Below are positions 1-8,643 of a DNA stretch of 40,403 nucleotides, one piece after another. The position numbers and the translations under genes were made by a program. Where the stretch lies: positions 1 to 40,403 of the IMG/VR virus record IMGVR_UViG_3300010366_000021; one strand, written 5' to 3'. The DNA is from a virus (taxonomy: Duplodnaviria; Caudoviricetes). Under the pieces are notes generated by a model. It saw only the letters and a program-made list of their open reading frames with translations. It was not told where the DNA came from and made no database searches. Each line of letters opens with the position of its first letter. Within the stretch, counting starts at the first letter, position 1.

Positions 1-123
1 AGGCCAACCTCATTCAGAACATAGCCAAGATCGTCTGGCCAGGCAAAGACCGATTGCGGGTTGGTAAGTTTGGGCGCGCGCTGCTGATAAAAGGCGTTGA
101 TCTGAAAGTTGTAGCTGCTCACG
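1..123 (+). repeat. Terminal direct repeat, copy 1 (circularisation overlap)
   Basis: Identical to 40281-40403; falls inside a CDS that reads through the junction in frame. Confidence 0.98.
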
Positions 124-1160
124 GGTTCAGACAAGCGAAAACGGAGCACGCCGTTCTGCTCATCCTGGAGCATGCAGATCGAGAGATCGTTGCCGCTGGT
201 ACTGTACGCCGGCGGGAGTTCGCGGACTATCTCAATCGGGCGAACCGGCTGGGGAAAGGCGGTCGAATTCATGTCCTGGAGTGAAGCCGATTCGCCCCAG
301 CCCCAGGCCGGCAGCCCAATTGAGTTTCCGTTCGGGTCCGTAGTGCCAAAGCCTGGCGCGCCGCTGCAGACTGTGACCGTGCCCGTGTCGGCGCCGGCGC
401 CGACGTCAGCATGCTGGAATGTGGCCGTGAATTGGGATCCGCTGGCAGTCAGGATCGTCACCTGCTGGCCGTTCAGGTACGTATTCGTGCCGACGCTCGC
501 AAAGGTCACCACCTGACCGACTCTGAATCCATTGGCGCAGGTCACCGTGAGCGTGTTGTTGCTGATGGCGATGTTGGTGATCGTGGCCGATGTGTTCGCA
601 GGCGCCGTGAAGGTGAAGTGGAACTGGTCGGGCACAGTCAAGATGGTGAAGCCACCGCTCCAGGCCGAAGTATGGTTGATGGCGTTGAAGGTGAACGTGG
701 AATTGAACGCCGAATCCATGGCGCCGGAGATGAACAGCGTCTGCCCGGGCTGGAATGGGTGCGGGTCAATTGTTTGCACCGTGACGGTGCCGCCAGAGAT
801 CGTGATACCGGCCACGCCGCCGCGGACTGGGGAGAATGTCATGTCGATTCCGCAGCCGCCGTAAGGATTCGAGCTCGAGCCCTGGCCGGACTGCAGCACA
901 AAGGCGCACGCGCCTGCGTGGCGATAATCCTGCACGCCGTACTGCGTTACGAAGAATGCTCCGTTAGTTGAGTCCAACACCTTGCGGTTGAACTTCCAGG
1001 TCATGGGCCTGGCCAGCAGCATCTGCAGCATGGAATTGCAGATTCTGAGCGCGGGTTCGTTGTTCTGTCCACCTACACGGAAATAGTTCTGCAGGCTGGT
1101 ATGCGTGGAGCACCAGTCCATGATCTCCTGGACCGTCGTCGTTTGGTTGAGAAGTGCCAT
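1..1160 (-). CDS. Head-tail adaptor-like virion protein, N-terminal part. The gene spans the junction: 1160->1, then 40280->40127, ~437 aa
   Basis: Read manually from ATG at 1160 (MALLNQTTTVQEIMDWC...WKFNRK...FVTQYGVQDY); stays open and in frame with ORF 40127..40402; beta-rich central insert; lies upstream of the tail-tube gene. Confidence 0.75.
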   Translation of the reverse strand, partial: MALLNQTTTVQEIMDWCSTHTSLQNYFRVGGQNNEPALRICNSMLQMLLARPMTWKFNRKVLDSTNGAFFVTQYGVQDYRHAGACAFVLQSGQGSSSNPYGGCGIDMTFSPVRGGVAGITISGGTVTVQTIDPHPFQPGQTLFISGAMDSAFNSTFTFNAINHTSAWSGGFTILTVPDQFHFTFTAPANTSATITNIAISNNTLTVTCANGFRVGQVVTFASVGTNTYLNGQQVTILTASGSQFTATFQHADVGAGADTGTVTVCSGAPGFGTTDPNGNSIGLPAWGWGESASLQDMNSTAFPQPVRPIEIVRELPPAYSTSGNDLSICMLQDEQNGVLRFRLSEPVSSYNFQINAFYQQRAPKLTNPQSVFAWPDDLGYVLNEVG

Positions 1161-1167
1161 ATTGGGG

Positions 1168-1185
1168 TTTGCAAACGTTTGCAAA
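1168..1185. repeat. Palindrome copy 1, TTTGCAAACGTTTGCAAA
   Basis: Perfect 18-bp inverted repeat, 7 bp upstream of the ATG at 1160. Confidence 0.95.
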
Positions 1186-1204
1186 AGAGTTATTCGGGAA
1201 CTCT

Positions 1205-1573
1205 TTAAGTCCACTGCACAATCGTGCCTGGAATTAGACCCAGCCCCACAACCAGCGCTTCGACCCCATTCTTGAGCGCTCGCTGGTTATTGTTGAAGGC
1301 CGTGAGCTGCTGCGCCGTCAGCGTTCCACTCTGAGTATCTGAACTCCACTGCCCGGTAGTGGCGTTGATAGTGAATCTGGGCAAAGTGCTGGAGCGCGCT
1401 GAAGAGGGAGCAAAGCCGTTTGATGCTGGTGTGCCACGGGAGAAAGTAAAGGCAGACTCTCCGCCGAGCATATCGCCGTGCATCTGGGTCACAGCAACTG
1501 TGTCCTGTGTGTCAACAGGCGTCCCACCTTGGGTGACCACGATAACCTGCGATGCGTTCAGTTGAATTGGCAT
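1205..1573 (-). CDS. Hypothetical virion-associated protein
   Basis: 122-aa ORF co-directional with the late operon, directly after the fibre gene. Confidence 0.7.
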   Translation of the reverse strand: MPIQLNASQVIVVTQGGTPVDTQDTVAVTQMHGDMLGGESAFTFSRGTPASNGFAPSSARSSTLPRFTINATTGQWSSDTQSGTLTAQQLTAFNNNQRALKNGVEALVVGLGLIPGTIVQWT

Positions 1574-1600
1574 TTACTTGTTCCTCTGCCTCTCTGTTTT

Positions 1601-3115
1601 TTACGTTACCCATTCAAAAACCACGATGCCGCCACCGCCCGTGCCGCCACCAAACGGGCCAGCTTCGCTACCACCGCCACCGCCGCCGTAGTTCCCGGCA
1701 TTTACACCAGTGAATGCAAGAGCCCCACGGGCACCTCCACCAAAGAGTGAGGCTCCGCCGGTGCCGCCCTGGCTCCCTGACAAGCCAAACGTCCCGTCGC
1801 CTCCTACGCTGTTAATGTCGCCGTTGGTCGCGGTGCCGCCACTGCCAGGGGTTTTTGAATTGGTGCCACCACCGCCCCCGCCGCCAGTTACGGTGGTGAT
1901 GGATTGTGTCCCGCTGGCGATAGTTGAGTTGCCGCCACTGCCTCCGGTAGCGTTCGAATTGCTTCCACCTCCACCACCAACAGTGACGGCGATAGTGTTG
2001 CCAGGAGTTAAACCAGTGAGCCATTTAATAGCGGTCGCACCACCGCCACCGCCGCCACCAGCAGTACCGGCAGTAGAGCCACCTCCACCACCACCGCCGC
2101 CAGTCACGGATACTTTTACGGCGGTTACTCCAGCCGGAATCGTGAACGTACCGTTGCCGGTGAATATCTGCTTGTTTGGTGTGCCTAACGCAAGTGTCCC
2201 GGTGGCCGCTGGGAGAGTCAGCGTTCCAGAGGCAGCAGCGCTTGTCTGGACTGTGGTTGAACCGGAAGACGATCCATACAACTTCCAGGAATTGAACCCG
2301 AACATGTCAATGTTCGCGCCCGTGTCTCTGCCAATCGCCTTGAGTCCATCCGAACCAAGGAATAAATACCCAGATGTGGCGCTGCGCGCTGCGCTCATGT
2401 CGCCGGAGCTGCCAAGGGAAGCATTTAGCCCGGCAATGAAGTTTGCTGCTCTTACTTTCCCGGTCGTATCTCCCTGCGTGCCGTTGCCAACATCAACCAC
2501 TCCCGCTGCATCACGCGAGAGCCCGGTATCTGCGGCACCGATCTGATAGATCGCCGTCCGGAGTGTGCCACTGAAATCCCCTGGGGTATTGCTCCCGATC
2601 CCCAGTGTCTTTGCCGCCAGGCGCCAGATCGCCACATCCGGCGTTAAGATCCCGCTCGATCCCCACTTCACCGCTCTGGCCGAATCGATCACCAGGCTGG
2701 CGGATGCCAGCTGCAGATCAAATCCCGTGATGGTCTGCGCAGCGCCAGGATTTGAAACAATCGGCGCAGGAAAACTTACACCTGCGCCAACGGCCGTCAT
2801 GGTCCCAATATCCACCGTGGTCCCTGAGGCCTGGGTGAACTGCCACAGCATGGGATCGGAAATCGGGGACTTGTTTGCGTCCAGGAAGCGGACCTGGTAC
2901 TGCGTTCCCGGCTGCAGCTCCGCGTTCGAATAAATTTTGCAGCTCCCGGAGAGATTGCCGCTGGCATCAAACCGGAACTGCACCGGGATTGCCTTCACCA
3001 CCGTCGCCGGCGAGGCGATCAGCGTGCAGTCCTGCGTGAGCTGCAGCACCAGGTAACCGTTTGGCGCAACAACGCCGCCGGCGGTCTGTACCGATCCATT
3101 GGTGAGTGTGATCAT
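1601..3115 (-). CDS. Tail fibre/spike-like protein with Gly-rich C-terminal domain
   Basis: GTFTIPAGVTAVKVSVTGGGGGGG...GGGIVVFEW glycine-rich domain typical of phage fibres; beta-rich N-terminus. Confidence 0.75.
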   Translation of the reverse strand: MITLTNGSVQTAGGVVAPNGYLVLQLTQDCTLIASPATVVKAIPVQFRFDASGNLSGSCKIYSNAELQPGTQYQVRFLDANKSPISDPMLWQFTQASGTTVDIGTMTAVGAGVSFPAPIVSNPGAAQTITGFDLQLASASLVIDSARAVKWGSSGILTPDVAIWRLAAKTLGIGSNTPGDFSGTLRTAIYQIGAADTGLSRDAAGVVDVGNGTQGDTTGKVRAANFIAGLNASLGSSGDMSAARSATSGYLFLGSDGLKAIGRDTGANIDMFGFNSWKLYGSSSGSTTVQTSAAASGTLTLPAATGTLALGTPNKQIFTGNGTFTIPAGVTAVKVSVTGGGGGGGGSTAGTAGGGGGGGATAIKWLTGLTPGNTIAVTVGGGGGSNSNATGGSGGNSTIASGTQSITTVTGGGGGGGTNSKTPGSGGTATNGDINSVGGDGTFGLSGSQGGTGGASLFGGGARGALAFTGVNAGNYGGGGGGSEAGPFGGGTGGGGIVVFEWVT

Positions 3116-3139
3116 TCGTTAAAGTGCGATTATGCAGTC

Positions 3140-3261
3140 AAAAAAAAGGCTAGGGATTCCCTGCGGTGCCTTCTGCATCTCCTCGAACGGAAGAGCCTAG
3201 GAAGATAGAGTCCTGGAATTCTATCCGGACATCTGTTTCCGGTTGCGCTGCCTCCCCTAGC
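3140..3261 (-). terminator. Multi-branched structured element ending in a U8 tract upstream of the fibre gene
   Basis: Minus strand GCTAGGGG...TCCCTAGC closing stem, inner stems CCGGA/TCCGG and GATAGA/TCTATC, then TTTTTTTT. Confidence 0.5.
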
Positions 3262-3285
3262 TGAAACAGTTCTTCCCGCGGGGAA

Positions 3286-3771
3286 CTAGTAGGCAATGCT
3301 CGGCACAAACTCGGCATAGAGCGCCTGGTCACGCTGCAGCACGATCTTGTAAAGCGGATGTTCCGGAATGAGCGTTCTCTTGCCATTGGCGTCTTCCTCA
3401 AAGTGCGCCGGCTCAATATAGAGTCCGCAGTGTATGCAGGTTCCGCGGAGCTGGCGGTCAGGGTGATTGCTGATGGGGAAGATGGAGGATCCGCCCTTCT
3501 GGTCAGTATGCGGGCAGAGCTCCCAGCGCTTCTCGTCATTCTCTCTTTTGCGCTTCAACTCATCGAGAGAGTTCCTGCGCAGACGCTCGAGCTTGGCTGC
3601 GGCATCAGCTTCCTTTTTGGCGGTTGCCTCGTCTTTGGCGATCTCGCGCTCCAGGAGCTGGCGCTGGAGCCGCGCGGTCTCTGCCTGGGACTGCAAAAGC
3701 ATTGTGAGCAGGCTTCCCAGATCAAGATTCTCAAGTTTGGGCACTTGCGGTTGCGTTTGGTTGTTGGCCAT
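3286..3771 (-). CDS. Coiled-coil protein with CxH...CxxC motif
   Basis: MANNQ start preceded by AAAGGA; charged helix followed by CPHT and CIHC. Confidence 0.7.
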   Translation of the reverse strand: MANNQTQPQVPKLENLDLGSLLTMLLQSQAETARLQRQLLEREIAKDEATAKKEADAAAKLERLRRNSLDELKRKRENDEKRWELCPHTDQKGGSSIFPISNHPDRQLRGTCIHCGLYIEPAHFEEDANGKRTLIPEHPLYKIVLQRDQALYAEFVPSIAY

Positions 3772-3783
3772 TAGGATTTTTCC

Positions 3784-3805
3784 TTTGTGCGAACGTTTGC
3801 ACAAA
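3784..3805. repeat. Palindrome copy 2, TTTGTGCGAACGTTTGCACAAA
   Basis: 22-bp inverted repeat with one mismatch, abutting the RBS of the gene starting at 3771. Confidence 0.95.
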
Positions 3806-3828
3806 CCGCCCGAGGGCGATTTTTGTGC

Positions 3829-4371
3829 TCATTCAAGATTGGTGTAGATCACCTGCTGGCTGTCATCTTCGCGGAAGATCCTGGTGTACTTCCTCCAGCG
3901 ATCGGCATTGACGCCCTCGCTGTCACCAAAAGCCCGGTGCACCTGCTCCCAGCGAAGAATTCCCTTTTCCATCAGTTTGAGCAGCACAGCGCGCCAGCCG
4001 CGGAGCTCATCGCCGGCCATGAGGTTGCGCTCGTCCACCAGAATGGCGGTGAACTCGCGCAGCCAGCCTTTCTGAAATCCGCTGACGTAGGTGAGCCGGC
4101 TCTGCACGTCAACATAAAAGCCCCACTGGTCCGGATAGTTGACTTGCTGATGCACATAAACGCATGGGTTCAATTTCTGCACCCGATAGATGAGTTCGCT
4201 CGAGTGCATCCACTGGCCCGCGCGCTTGACCAGGTCTTTCAGGTCGTTGTGGTCACTGAGCCGGTAGATCTCATGCATCGGCTCGATCTTTTCCTGGCGA
4301 TAGCGAAGTAGAGCTTCAGCGCGAGGAAGAAAATCATTTCCAAGAAGCCGCGAATCGTGAAGAACCAGCAT
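3829..4371 (-). CDS. Hypothetical phage protein
   Basis: 180-aa ORF with globular composition in the late operon. Confidence 0.7.
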   Translation of the reverse strand: MLVLHDSRLLGNDFLPRAEALLRYRQEKIEPMHEIYRLSDHNDLKDLVKRAGQWMHSSELIYRVQKLNPCVYVHQQVNYPDQWGFYVDVQSRLTYVSGFQKGWLREFTAILVDERNLMAGDELRGWRAVLLKLMEKGILRWEQVHRAFGDSEGVNADRWRKYTRIFREDDSQQVIYTNLE

Positions 4372-4559
4372 TACAATTGGAAAAATCTCACCAGCCCCGA
4401 TGATGATCTATTCCCAGATCGATTTCTGCTGCGTTGAATGCCATCAAGAGCTGGCTCGGGCCATTTACGTGTGCGATATCCCTATCATCTGCGTTTGCAA
4501 GTGCAGGTATTGGCAATTCGCCATCATCTGGCCGATGGACAAACGGGCGAAGAAGGGCG

Positions 4560-4709
4560 TTAGTGTACCACCAGGCTCAGTCCGTAGAAGAACATCCCCA
4601 GCCAACCCAGATTGACCTGGGTATTGGCGGCCGGGCGGACCAGGCCCATTACCCCGGCGCAAAACCAGAGAATGATGGCCACAATGAGCAACAGCACATG
4701 TGCGTTCAT
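4560..4709 (-). CDS. Small two-TM membrane protein (49 aa), holin candidate
   Basis: Not in the ORF track; MNAHVLLLIVAIILWFCAGVMGLVRPAANTQVNLGWLGMFFYGLSLVVH; AAGGAG upstream. Confidence 0.65.
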   Translation of the reverse strand: MNAHVLLLIVAIILWFCAGVMGLVRPAANTQVNLGWLGMFFYGLSLVVH

Positions 4710-4750
4710 ATCTTTTTCGATTTCTCCTTAAAAGGGATCTCCTGGAAGGT

Positions 4751-4770
4751 TTTTGCAAACGTTTGCAAAA
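4751..4770. repeat. Palindrome copy 3, TTTTGCAAACGTTTGCAAAA
   Basis: Perfect 20-bp inverted repeat, intergenic. Confidence 0.95.
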
Positions 4771-4800
4771 GGCCCTTTTTCGTCCTGGATGTAACATAAG

Positions 4801-5328
4801 TTACATTCCAGAGGCGTTCACGGCCTCCACAAAGTCAGCAAAAGCGAAGTTCAGGACCATGGTCCGCGCCCGCACGACAATTGCAGACGTTTCCGGATCC
4901 CGGTGAAGGGAAATGAGGCCTCCCGGGCCCACAACTTCCTTCTCCCCCTGCGGGCTGGGGGCTTCTGCAAACGTTTGCAAAAGGCTTCCCAGCATCGTCT
5001 CAATCCCGCACCCGGTGGCCACCACCACGCAAGGAAGTCCGCGTAGTGGATCCACCAGCCAGCTGCAGACAGCCTGAAGATCTTCCGTGGCGTAGAGAAT
5101 TGCTTCCTCCATGGAACCCGGCGAACAGGCTGCCCGCACGCACTCCGCGGTCTCCCGCGCCGCGGGATGATCCGCCGCGGCGATGGGCCCGATCCGCTCA
5201 AAACTCAGGAACTCAGCCGCCATCTCCGCCCGGGCCCGGGCAGGCTCATCGAGCGGAGAGTCGGCGGCAACATCACTGCAGGGAATGCGGAGAAGATAGC
5301 CCAGCGCAGGTTGGGTGTAGTCAATCAA
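4801..5328 (-). CDS. Hypothetical protein
   Basis: 175-aa ORF filling the gap in the late operon. Confidence 0.55.
   Translation of the reverse strand: MIDYTQPALGYLLRIPCSDVAADSPLDEPARARAEMAAEFLSFERIGPIAAADHPAARETAECVRAACSPGSMEEAILYATEDLQAVCSWLVDPLRGLPCVVVATGCGIETMLGSLLQTFAEAPSPQGEKEVVGPGGLISLHRDPETSAIVVRARTMVLNFAFADFVEAVNASGM
4966..4979. repeat. Palindrome copy 4, TGCAAACGTTTGCA
   Basis: Perfect 14-bp core inside CDS 4801..5328 (encodes LQTFA). Confidence 0.95.
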
Positions 5329-5339
5329 GCTGGACCTTC

Positions 5340-5969
5340 TTACATCTGGATGGCCGCTAATTCCTCGAGCGTGACGAGATTGGCCGCGTTGCCGGAAGAC
5401 AGTGTCGCACTGAGCAAGAAGTTCAGCTCGTTGTCAGCCAGGGTTGCTGTGGTTACGGCCGTTACGGCGGCCCAGGCATCGAGCAGGTTGCTGATCTGAT
5501 CGGTGAAGCTGCCATGGATCAGACCGCTTGCCGAATCCCACTGCAGCTGGGCACCGATATAGAACTTGCCCGTGGTGCTGTTCACGGCGCGCGCGGTTGA
5601 GGTTGCCATCAGGTTGCAGCCTGAAACCGAACCGGCTGCGAGTCCGGCAGCAACAACTGACGCCGGAACCTGGTAGAGCTTGAGCGTCAGGTTGGTACTG
5701 ACGCCGGTTTTGCAGATCCCCCAGCCTTGCAGAAGAAACGGACGCGCGGCGTCCCAGTAGAATACTGGAACCGCTCCGGTACCGATCGCCGGCGTTGGTT
5801 GTGTGTCAACCATCCTGAGAATTGCAGCCGAGGCCGCGATCACCGGGTTTGCCGCCGAGTTGCCGTTCACAGCGAACGAAGTCTCTGAGGTGGAGGTACC
5901 CAGGGCGAGCGGCTGAAGGTTTCCCTGCGAGCCGCCCAGGATAAGAGCTTTGCAAGTGTCGTTATTCAT
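5340..5969 (-). CDS. Putative capsid-associated/decoration protein
   Basis: Start chosen at MNNDTCK to avoid overlap with the capsid gene; Ala/Thr/Ser beta-rich; directly after the capsid gene. Confidence 0.6.
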   Translation of the reverse strand: MNNDTCKALILGGSQGNLQPLALGTSTSETSFAVNGNSAANPVIAASAAILRMVDTQPTPAIGTGAVPVFYWDAARPFLLQGWGICKTGVSTNLTLKLYQVPASVVAAGLAAGSVSGCNLMATSTARAVNSTTGKFYIGAQLQWDSASGLIHGSFTDQISNLLDAWAAVTAVTTATLADNELNFLLSATLSSGNAANLVTLEELAAIQM

Positions 5970-6024
5970 AGTTTTATCCGGAGCCAGAAAAGGGGGAGAA
6001 CTGGTGTATCCGTTTTCTCCTCTC

Positions 6025-7017
6025 TTAAACTCCTGAAACTTCCGACTTGATGCGGCGGAAGCCCTGGGTTGAGTTGGTATTCGGACGGCCGACAATTCCC
6101 AGGAACCAGTCATAGGAAATGATGGTCCTGGTTTGCAGCGTGGGGTTGGAGAGATCAGGCTTTTCAAGCGGCGTAACCATTACCGGGAACTTCGGATTGC
6201 GCGGGACTTTGAAGCCCATGATCTCCGAAGCAAACACTGCTTCCTTGCCTACAACGAAGGATCCATAGCCGGTTTTACCTGACGATGGATAGTTCGAATA
6301 GGTGGGAACAGTGCTGGTGCGGATGATGCGGCATCCACTCCACTCCAGTACCTGGAAGCCGGCCACCTGGCCTGATTCAAGCTGCTTCTGTCCGCTCTCG
6401 CTGCGTTTTAAAACGTCCGTGGCGCCGCCGGCAGTGTTATCGCTGATGATGTCATACGATTGGAACGCCGAGCAGGCCATCGTGTAGACGCCACCTTCAC
6501 GTGGCGGCACGTTGTTTGCTACCAGCTGCGCCTCTGTCCTGCGCACCGTGGATGACTGGAAGAACTCATTGTCACCAAGGTTGATCTGCGAAGTTGAGTC
6601 TGCATTGGCGATGGAATCGAATCCAGACGAGGCAACAAAGTTCGAGGTGAGTGCACCGCGATATCCCAGGTTCCGGCTGGCATCAATCGCCATATCGGAA
6701 ACGAACATCGCGTCGACAACGTTCGAGATACCGATCCAGTCAGCAAACTCATCGGCATAGACCGCCGAGGTGACCTGAGTGATCGGAAGACCGCTGGGAG
6801 GAATGCCTTCAGACACGCCGCCACTGGCGCCGCCAAAGGGCTTCTGCCCATAGAGTTGGTTGGTGCGGCCGCTGCGCCGCGCCATGGGCTTGTAGTCGCA
6901 CAGCATCTCAATGAACGGAGTGTTGGCCTGCCATTCAAGGACTGCCGTGCGGTCATAGGCAATCTGCGGGAAGCCCGCCAGGTTACCGGATTGTACCGAA
7001 GGCGGAAGAAAACTCAT
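6025..7017 (-). CDS. Major capsid protein (N4-gp56-like, HK97 fold)
   Basis: 330 aa; PMARRSGRT...VSEGIPPS...EFADWIGISN pattern; follows scaffold and portal; GGAGG RBS. Confidence 0.85.
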   Translation of the reverse strand: MSFLPPSVQSGNLAGFPQIAYDRTAVLEWQANTPFIEMLCDYKPMARRSGRTNQLYGQKPFGGASGGVSEGIPPSGLPITQVTSAVYADEFADWIGISNVVDAMFVSDMAIDASRNLGYRGALTSNFVASSGFDSIANADSTSQINLGDNEFFQSSTVRRTEAQLVANNVPPREGGVYTMACSAFQSYDIISDNTAGGATDVLKRSESGQKQLESGQVAGFQVLEWSGCRIIRTSTVPTYSNYPSSGKTGYGSFVVGKEAVFASEIMGFKVPRNPKFPVMVTPLEKPDLSNPTLQTRTIISYDWFLGIVGRPNTNSTQGFRRIKSEVSGV

Positions 7018-7102
7018 TGTGTAAACCCTCCATTGAGCTGGGTGCGACTCGCTGGGGGCTGTAGAGTCGGGGGGAAGTTAAGTTGTGGGGATTTGTTAGG
7101 GC

Positions 7103-8032
7103 TTACTGCTTAACGACAATCTGTTCGGGCTTGTACCCTCTGCGGATCAGCTCGTTATAACTTTCGCCGGCCTGGCGGGTTGAGAGCTGCGTGATATCAA
7201 GCTCAACTTTGCTCTTTGGATCCACCGCGACCTGACGACTTTCCTGCCCGCCGGCGGATCCCACCGCAGTGGAACTGGTGGCACGCTTTTTGCCCGGCTG
7301 CTCCGACCTGCCCGCGCTGCTTTCACCTTCTTTGCCGGCCGCAGCCACTGGGAAAACCATGTTGCGCTTCTTGAGCTCCTCATAGGCAAGCTCAAAGCTC
7401 TCGACAGACGGTTGTTGAGTGAGTCCCAGCTCCGCCAGCATGATGCCCATCAGGTAAGTGTTCTGCGCGCCTCCGGGATAGTCGCTCTCTCCGGCCCTTA
7501 CCTTCGCCGTGAACTTCTCGGTAGCGTCCTTCCAGCGCTCATTCAAGTCATTGCTCTGGACCTTGGTGGTCGCGGCCTTCAGCGTGTCAATCGACACGCC
7601 CTGGCTCTCCAGCCAGGTATTGATCACGCCGGATTTAACGATGTAATTATCCAGGGCCTTGGTATCGCCCTTCTGCAGGCCGAGTGAAATGTCGAAAAGC
7701 TCGGCATCGGTAAACTTCGGCTTGGGCTCTTCTTTTGCCGGGGCGGCGGCCACCGGCTGTGCCGCTTCCACGGCCGCGGTGATCTGCTTTACCAGTACCG
7801 AGGGATCCGCATCGCGGAAAACCATGTCCTTACCGTTGATGTTGACGATCGCCTCGTGAATAACTGGCTCATCTTCCTTCTTCGGCGCCGCGGCCGCGGA
7901 TGGCTCCGCTACCTTGGCGCCAGGCACGGGAAGTTCAATGCCGACTTTCTCGGCTCCGGTTTTAATTGCCTGGTTCCACTCCGCCGCGGTGTTGCTGGCG
8001 GGTGCATCGATCGTGATTGTAGTAGTTGCCAT
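7103..8032 (-). CDS. Capsid scaffolding protein (probable)
   Basis: Acidic, Ala/Pro-rich helical 309 aa immediately upstream of the capsid gene. Confidence 0.65.
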   Translation of the reverse strand: MATTTITIDAPASNTAAEWNQAIKTGAEKVGIELPVPGAKVAEPSAAAAPKKEDEPVIHEAIVNINGKDMVFRDADPSVLVKQITAAVEAAQPVAAAPAKEEPKPKFTDAELFDISLGLQKGDTKALDNYIVKSGVINTWLESQGVSIDTLKAATTKVQSNDLNERWKDATEKFTAKVRAGESDYPGGAQNTYLMGIMLAELGLTQQPSVESFELAYEELKKRNMVFPVAAAGKEGESSAGRSEQPGKKRATSSTAVGSAGGQESRQVAVDPKSKVELDITQLSTRQAGESYNELIRRGYKPEQIVVKQ

Positions 8033-8063
8033 GGGGTTGGCCTCCCTGATTGCTCGTTCTGTT

Positions 8064-8396
8064 TTAATAGCTACCGGCTATGCGTGTGGTGATCAGCGGC
8101 TCTCCCGGTTCTTCTGCCTGGAAGAACGGCAGCCCGCTGGCGTTGGCGATCGCCGCATCAATTCGGCCGAAGAGCTCCGTGATCAGCCTGGCCGCGATCT
8201 GCGCCCGCTGATTCAAATTGAAGAGTTCATCGCGATCGTTCCCTTGATAGTTCGCGACTGCCGCCCGGGCCTCCTGCTCCAGCATTTCGGCAATCAGCCG
8301 GAGATCATGGAACCCCGGGCTGGCCTTGAGCGCCAGCAAACGATTGGCCAGCGCGACTACCTGCGCCGCGGTTGGCTCTTGTGCCGGCTGATTCAT
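8064..8396 (-). CDS. Small helical head-module protein
   Basis: 110 aa between portal and scaffold. Confidence 0.65.
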   Translation of the reverse strand: MNQPAQEPTAAQVVALANRLLALKASPGFHDLRLIAEMLEQEARAAVANYQGNDRDELFNLNQRAQIAARLITELFGRIDAAIANASGLPFFQAEEPGEPLITTRIAGSY

Positions 8397-8614
8397 TCCC
8401 CCCCGCCGCAGATCCCGTGGTGCTCGAGCTTGCGGTTGATTTTTGCAATCTCGTCTTCAAGGGTGCCCACGCGCGCGTCAAGTGTTTGTGGATGACCGGT
8501 TGCCGTCGCATCTCCGCCTTCTTCCGGTACCGGCGGTGTATCAGGCTCTTCTGAATGGTGATGCTTTTCCGAATGCGGATGTTGGGATATGTGCTGCCTT
8601 GATTTATCGATCAT
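8393..8614 (-). CDS. Small His-rich/coiled-coil protein
   Basis: AAGGAG RBS; ATGA overlap with the next gene. Confidence 0.6.
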   Translation of the reverse strand: MIDKSRQHISQHPHSEKHHHSEEPDTPPVPEEGGDATATGHPQTLDARVGTLEDEIAKINRKLEHHGICGGGE

Positions 8615-8628
8615 GCGGATCTCCTTTT

Positions 8629-8642
8629 TGCAAACGTTTGCA
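8629..8642. repeat. Palindrome copy 5, TGCAAACGTTTGCA
   Basis: Perfect 14-bp core between the portal stop codon and the next RBS. Confidence 0.95.
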
Positions 8643-8643
8643 C

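Noticed and set aside
1-123. 123-bp repeat as a biological terminal repeat
   Set aside because: It lies mid-gene and the frame continues across the junction; most simply an assembler overlap of a circular or permuted molecule
1710-2546. Pro-rich 278-aa plus-strand ORF and similar long antisense ORFs (e.g. 411..971, 18289..19229, 19226..19963, 27360..28067)
   Set aside because: Shadows of well-supported opposite-strand genes in GC-rich DNA; the poly-Pro is the reverse of poly-Gly codons
1601-3115. Diversity-generating retroelement or invertible fibre cassette
   Set aside because: No reverse transcriptase, invertase or template/variable repeat pair seen
3260-3287. GCTGAA...GCGGGGAAC resemblance to the c-di-AMP (ydaO) riboswitch
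   Set aside because: Wrong strand relative to the genes, and the second conserved half is absent
4400-4615. Plus-strand Cys-rich 71-aa ORF
   Set aside because: CxxC/CxC pattern is suggestive, but it is antisense to the operon, overlaps the membrane gene and has no clear RBS; unresolved
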